From: Neoechinorhynchus agilis
Taxonomy: Eukaryota; Animalia; Acanthocephala
Length of the DNA stretch: 64,000 bases
NCBI GenBank assembly: GCA_051530055.1
Contig: CM121341.1
Coordinates: forward strand, 15,974,784 to 16,038,783
Direction of reading: 5' to 3'
The translations under genes were made by a program, and so were the position numbers. Under the pieces are notes generated by a model. It ran no database searches, was not told the DNA's origin, and saw nothing but the letters and a program-made list of their open reading frames with translations. Shown piece after piece: positions 61,134-64,000 of this stretch. How positions within the stretch are numbered: position 1 is the stretch's first letter; every line of letters begins with the position of its first letter.

Positions 61134-61400
61134 TTATGGTTTTCCACAATAATCCACCGTGAAAAACCTTTCGTTTCGCTCAAGAACCTTGTATGGTCCT
61201 GTATACGGAGCCTGTAAAGGATTCCCGGTCTGACCGCGTCTGATGAAAACGAAAGATGCTCTGTCAAAAACATGCGCTACGAATGTCGTCACCTTACCAT
61301 GGTTCACAACAGGTAAGGGTGCCAGAGATCTAACCTTGTCACGTAGCCGCTGTATATGCTTAACTAGGTGAATAATAGAGAAAATCGGCCGGTACGTTGA
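61134..61400 (-). mobile_element. Ty3/gypsy integrase C-terminal (GPY/F) fragment
   Basis: FVFIRR...PLQAPYTGPYKVLER..RFFTV. Confidence 0.8.
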
Positions 61401-61479
61401 TGGCACTACCTTATGCATGCTCTGCTGCTGTGAAATCAAGGTCGGATTTAGGCGCGGTGCGGATTCCCAGTAAAATCCA

Positions 61480-63030
61480 TGATGAGATGGCCTTTTTCAA
61501 TTCTGAAATTTGGGTGGTTGTCCTTTCTTGTATGGGAGGAGGTATGACAGTTTTGCAGAAGGAGACAACGAGACACTACAAAGACTCCGGCCAAAACACC
61601 CACGCAGTAGTGGCAGTTTTGAAATTCCACCTCCTCCCATACAAGACAGGACACCCAATCAAATTTCAGAGTTAAAAAAGACCATCTCATCTTTTGCAAA
61701 TGGTTCGGGTCATGGACTTGACGGGCTAAGACCTCAGCAATTAAAGGACATGATGTCCTTACAACTGGTGAAGCAGCTCTCTAGAAAGTGCACTTTCTCG
61801 GGTAGTCGACATCGCCTGATTGGAGAGGACCTGAATCCCGTTGCAAAAAACCTATTTTTCGAAGTATCATTATGTGCCCTCACAAAAAAAGAAGGTGGTA
61901 TTCGTCCCATCGCCATACCTTCGACGATACGCCGAGTGGCAGGAAAAATTCTCTGTAAAAGTAACACAGAGAAAACCGGGCAGCAACTTCACCCAGTCCA
62001 ACTGGGCTGCTGCACATCCTGCGGGCGCGGAAGCTATTGTCCACGCGCTCCAAAACTATACTACGATGAGTTCAAAGCCGTGCGTGATTCTTGAGGGATC
62101 ACGCACCAGAAGCCTTCGCGACTCCTTTGCTTTTCGAAAACCACCTCATTTCGTCCGAAAGAGGAGCGAAGCAAGGAGATCCTCTCAGTCCAATCGCATT
62201 CTCCCTAACAGTAAATCCAATAGAGCACTCTCTCCATTCCAGCTTCAACGCTTGGTACTTGGATGATGCTACGCTCGAAGGTGATCCCTCCGTTGTACTG
62301 CGCGATTTGGAGACGCTAATTAGGGAGACCTCGAGAATGGGCATTGAGCTCAATGCTGGAAAGTGTGAGCTTCTAGTATTAAATATCGAAGACGCCGCCA
62401 AAGTCAAGAAGCTAATGGATGAGTTCGAGGCCATAGCTCCAGGTCTAAAACTCGTGACTCCAGAGCAACTCAGCCTCCTATGTAGTTGCGTCTTCGATTC
62501 AAATGTGGAAGATGAGATCGGCCATATCATACCGAAACTTTCGTTGCTGTGCGATAGGGTCAGCGCTCTCTCGGCTCATGAAGCCTTGTTTCTCATAAAG
62601 AACGCGCTCTTCATCCCAAATTATTGTACAAGGTTCGCACAGCAACATTTTTCAAACATAAGGAAGGATTGGCTAAGCTCGACGACAAGGTGAGGGCTTG
62701 TCTCGAGCGTATTTTAAATGTCTAGCTCTGTGCCTGTATCATCTGGGGGATTGGGTGTTCGGGCGCTAGTAGACCTTGCCTTGCCAGCCTTTCTTGTTAC
62801 CAGTATCGAAGAAAATTCTGAGAGAAAAGTTTTGTCTTGACCAAGACTTTGTGGTGGCAGTTGAAGAATGGTGCCAGCAGACAGGCGCTAACCAAGTCCC
62901 CGTGAATGGCCTCAGACAGTCGATCTGGGACAGACCTCTCGTCGCGAGAGCTCACAGCTCTCTACCTTCAGGTTCTCGCGATGGGGTCGTCCGAGTTAGA
63001 GGACACAGCGATACTCGTTTAAGTTGACTC
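61480..63030 (+). mobile_element. CRE-like non-LTR retrotransposon RT region (frameshifted)
   Basis: GLDGLRPQQLKD, KKEGGIRPIAI..TIRRVAGK, QLGC, GAKQGDPLSPIAFSL, AWYLDDATL, GIELNAGKCE. Confidence 0.9.
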
Positions 63031-64000
63031 AGCAAATATAAGCATCGAAATTTAATTGAGCTAAAAAGTTACTGATTGTTACATAAAATTAATCCGCCCG
63101 AAAAACTTGGATCCTTCAATCCTTTATTTTTCAGAATATTTCTTTGTTTGATGCAATTTTATCGTTCATTTTTTAAATATCCAACACAACATTTTTGGGA
63201 ATAAATCGTTGCCTGGCCTAATTATTGAGCGAGATGTTTTTACAGCGCTGAAGCTTTTAGTTGCACTGTTTTATTAATTTGGACGTATAAGCGCTGTTCG
63301 TCTTTCCGAAGATCCTTTATATGACAACCAATAAATTCGAGGTTATTCAGAGTGCATCAAAATTAGAATCTCGTTCAACAAGGGTCAAACATCCTTGTGA
63401 ATTGGTTTCTATTTTTTTTGGTCGACGGCAATACGGTACTATTCAAATATCCACTTTGTGAAAGTCAAGAAAGTTCGTGGACTAACCTTCCTGAGCCATC
63501 CGATAAAGCCTTTCATGATCTCTACTATTCGGACTTGTTTAAGGACAGTGACGATGAGGCATTCGCAAGTCAGAGTTATACACCCGACGACAAAGAACAA
63601 GTTGCGAGGTATTCCAAAAACTCACCATTGATATCGGCCTAAAAAAATTATTTAGATTATGCGACGAGGATATAGTTTTTGTCCAAAAGTCTTAATATTC
63701 GTGAAGATCATAGCGCAAGAGTAGATAATCTCTACTTTTTGTCCATCGGAACCTCGAATATCCGTGGCCGACTTAAAAATTCGATTTGCTGGATCCGAAA
63801 CGACAACTGAATTTGTCAGTATTGGTGTAATTTTGAATGTAAGCGTCTTGTCACGAATCTTCAAAAGAATATGTTTATTATTAGTCTACGTTTACCGACG
63901 AGTGGATTATTCAATCATATAAATAGGAACAAGACAATCGTCTTTTACTTATGGCAATTATTTTGTTCCTCGAAAATTGAACTTTTATTTTAATCGAAAT

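Noticed and set aside
63397-63864. Two short convergent ORFs at the window end
   Set aside because: No recognisable motifs and non-ATG starts; they may be exons of a gene beyond the window but cannot be supported.

Overview
This is eukaryotic (almost certainly animal) nuclear DNA from a fast-evolving lineage with mostly short (~38-55 nt) GT-AG introns; the species cannot be identified from this window. Recognisable host genes are an APH/hydroxylysine-kinase-like gene, PRC1, RPB10 (POLR2L), RPN5 (PSMD12), a GIGYF-type GYF protein, a transglutaminase-family gene, PPIP5K/VIP1, WTAP, an SR-like protein, IWS1, a PDE fragment and several orphan ORFs. They sit among dense decayed retroelements: Penelope-like elements with hammerhead ribozyme motifs, CRE-like RLE LINEs, an L2/CR1-like LINE with two nested insertions, RTE, an R2/NeSL-like element and a gypsy integrase fragment. 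Main leads: (1) several exon junctions, clearest in the essential RPN5 gene, where the homology-supported splice has no good canonical GT-AG solution, suggesting GA-AG, AT-AC or GT-AA introns; (2) a transglutaminase with the catalytic Cys replaced by Glu; (3) an R2-like element carrying an OTU-like protease domain; (4) an inverted pair of hammerhead cores; (5) a small family of orphan hydrophobic-GP-basic proteins; (6) splice-acceptor-like sites just before many start codons, possibly SL trans-splicing or operons. All family assignments come from motif recognition by eye, not database searches. Transposon boundaries are approximate, and assembly or homopolymer errors could explain some anomalies.
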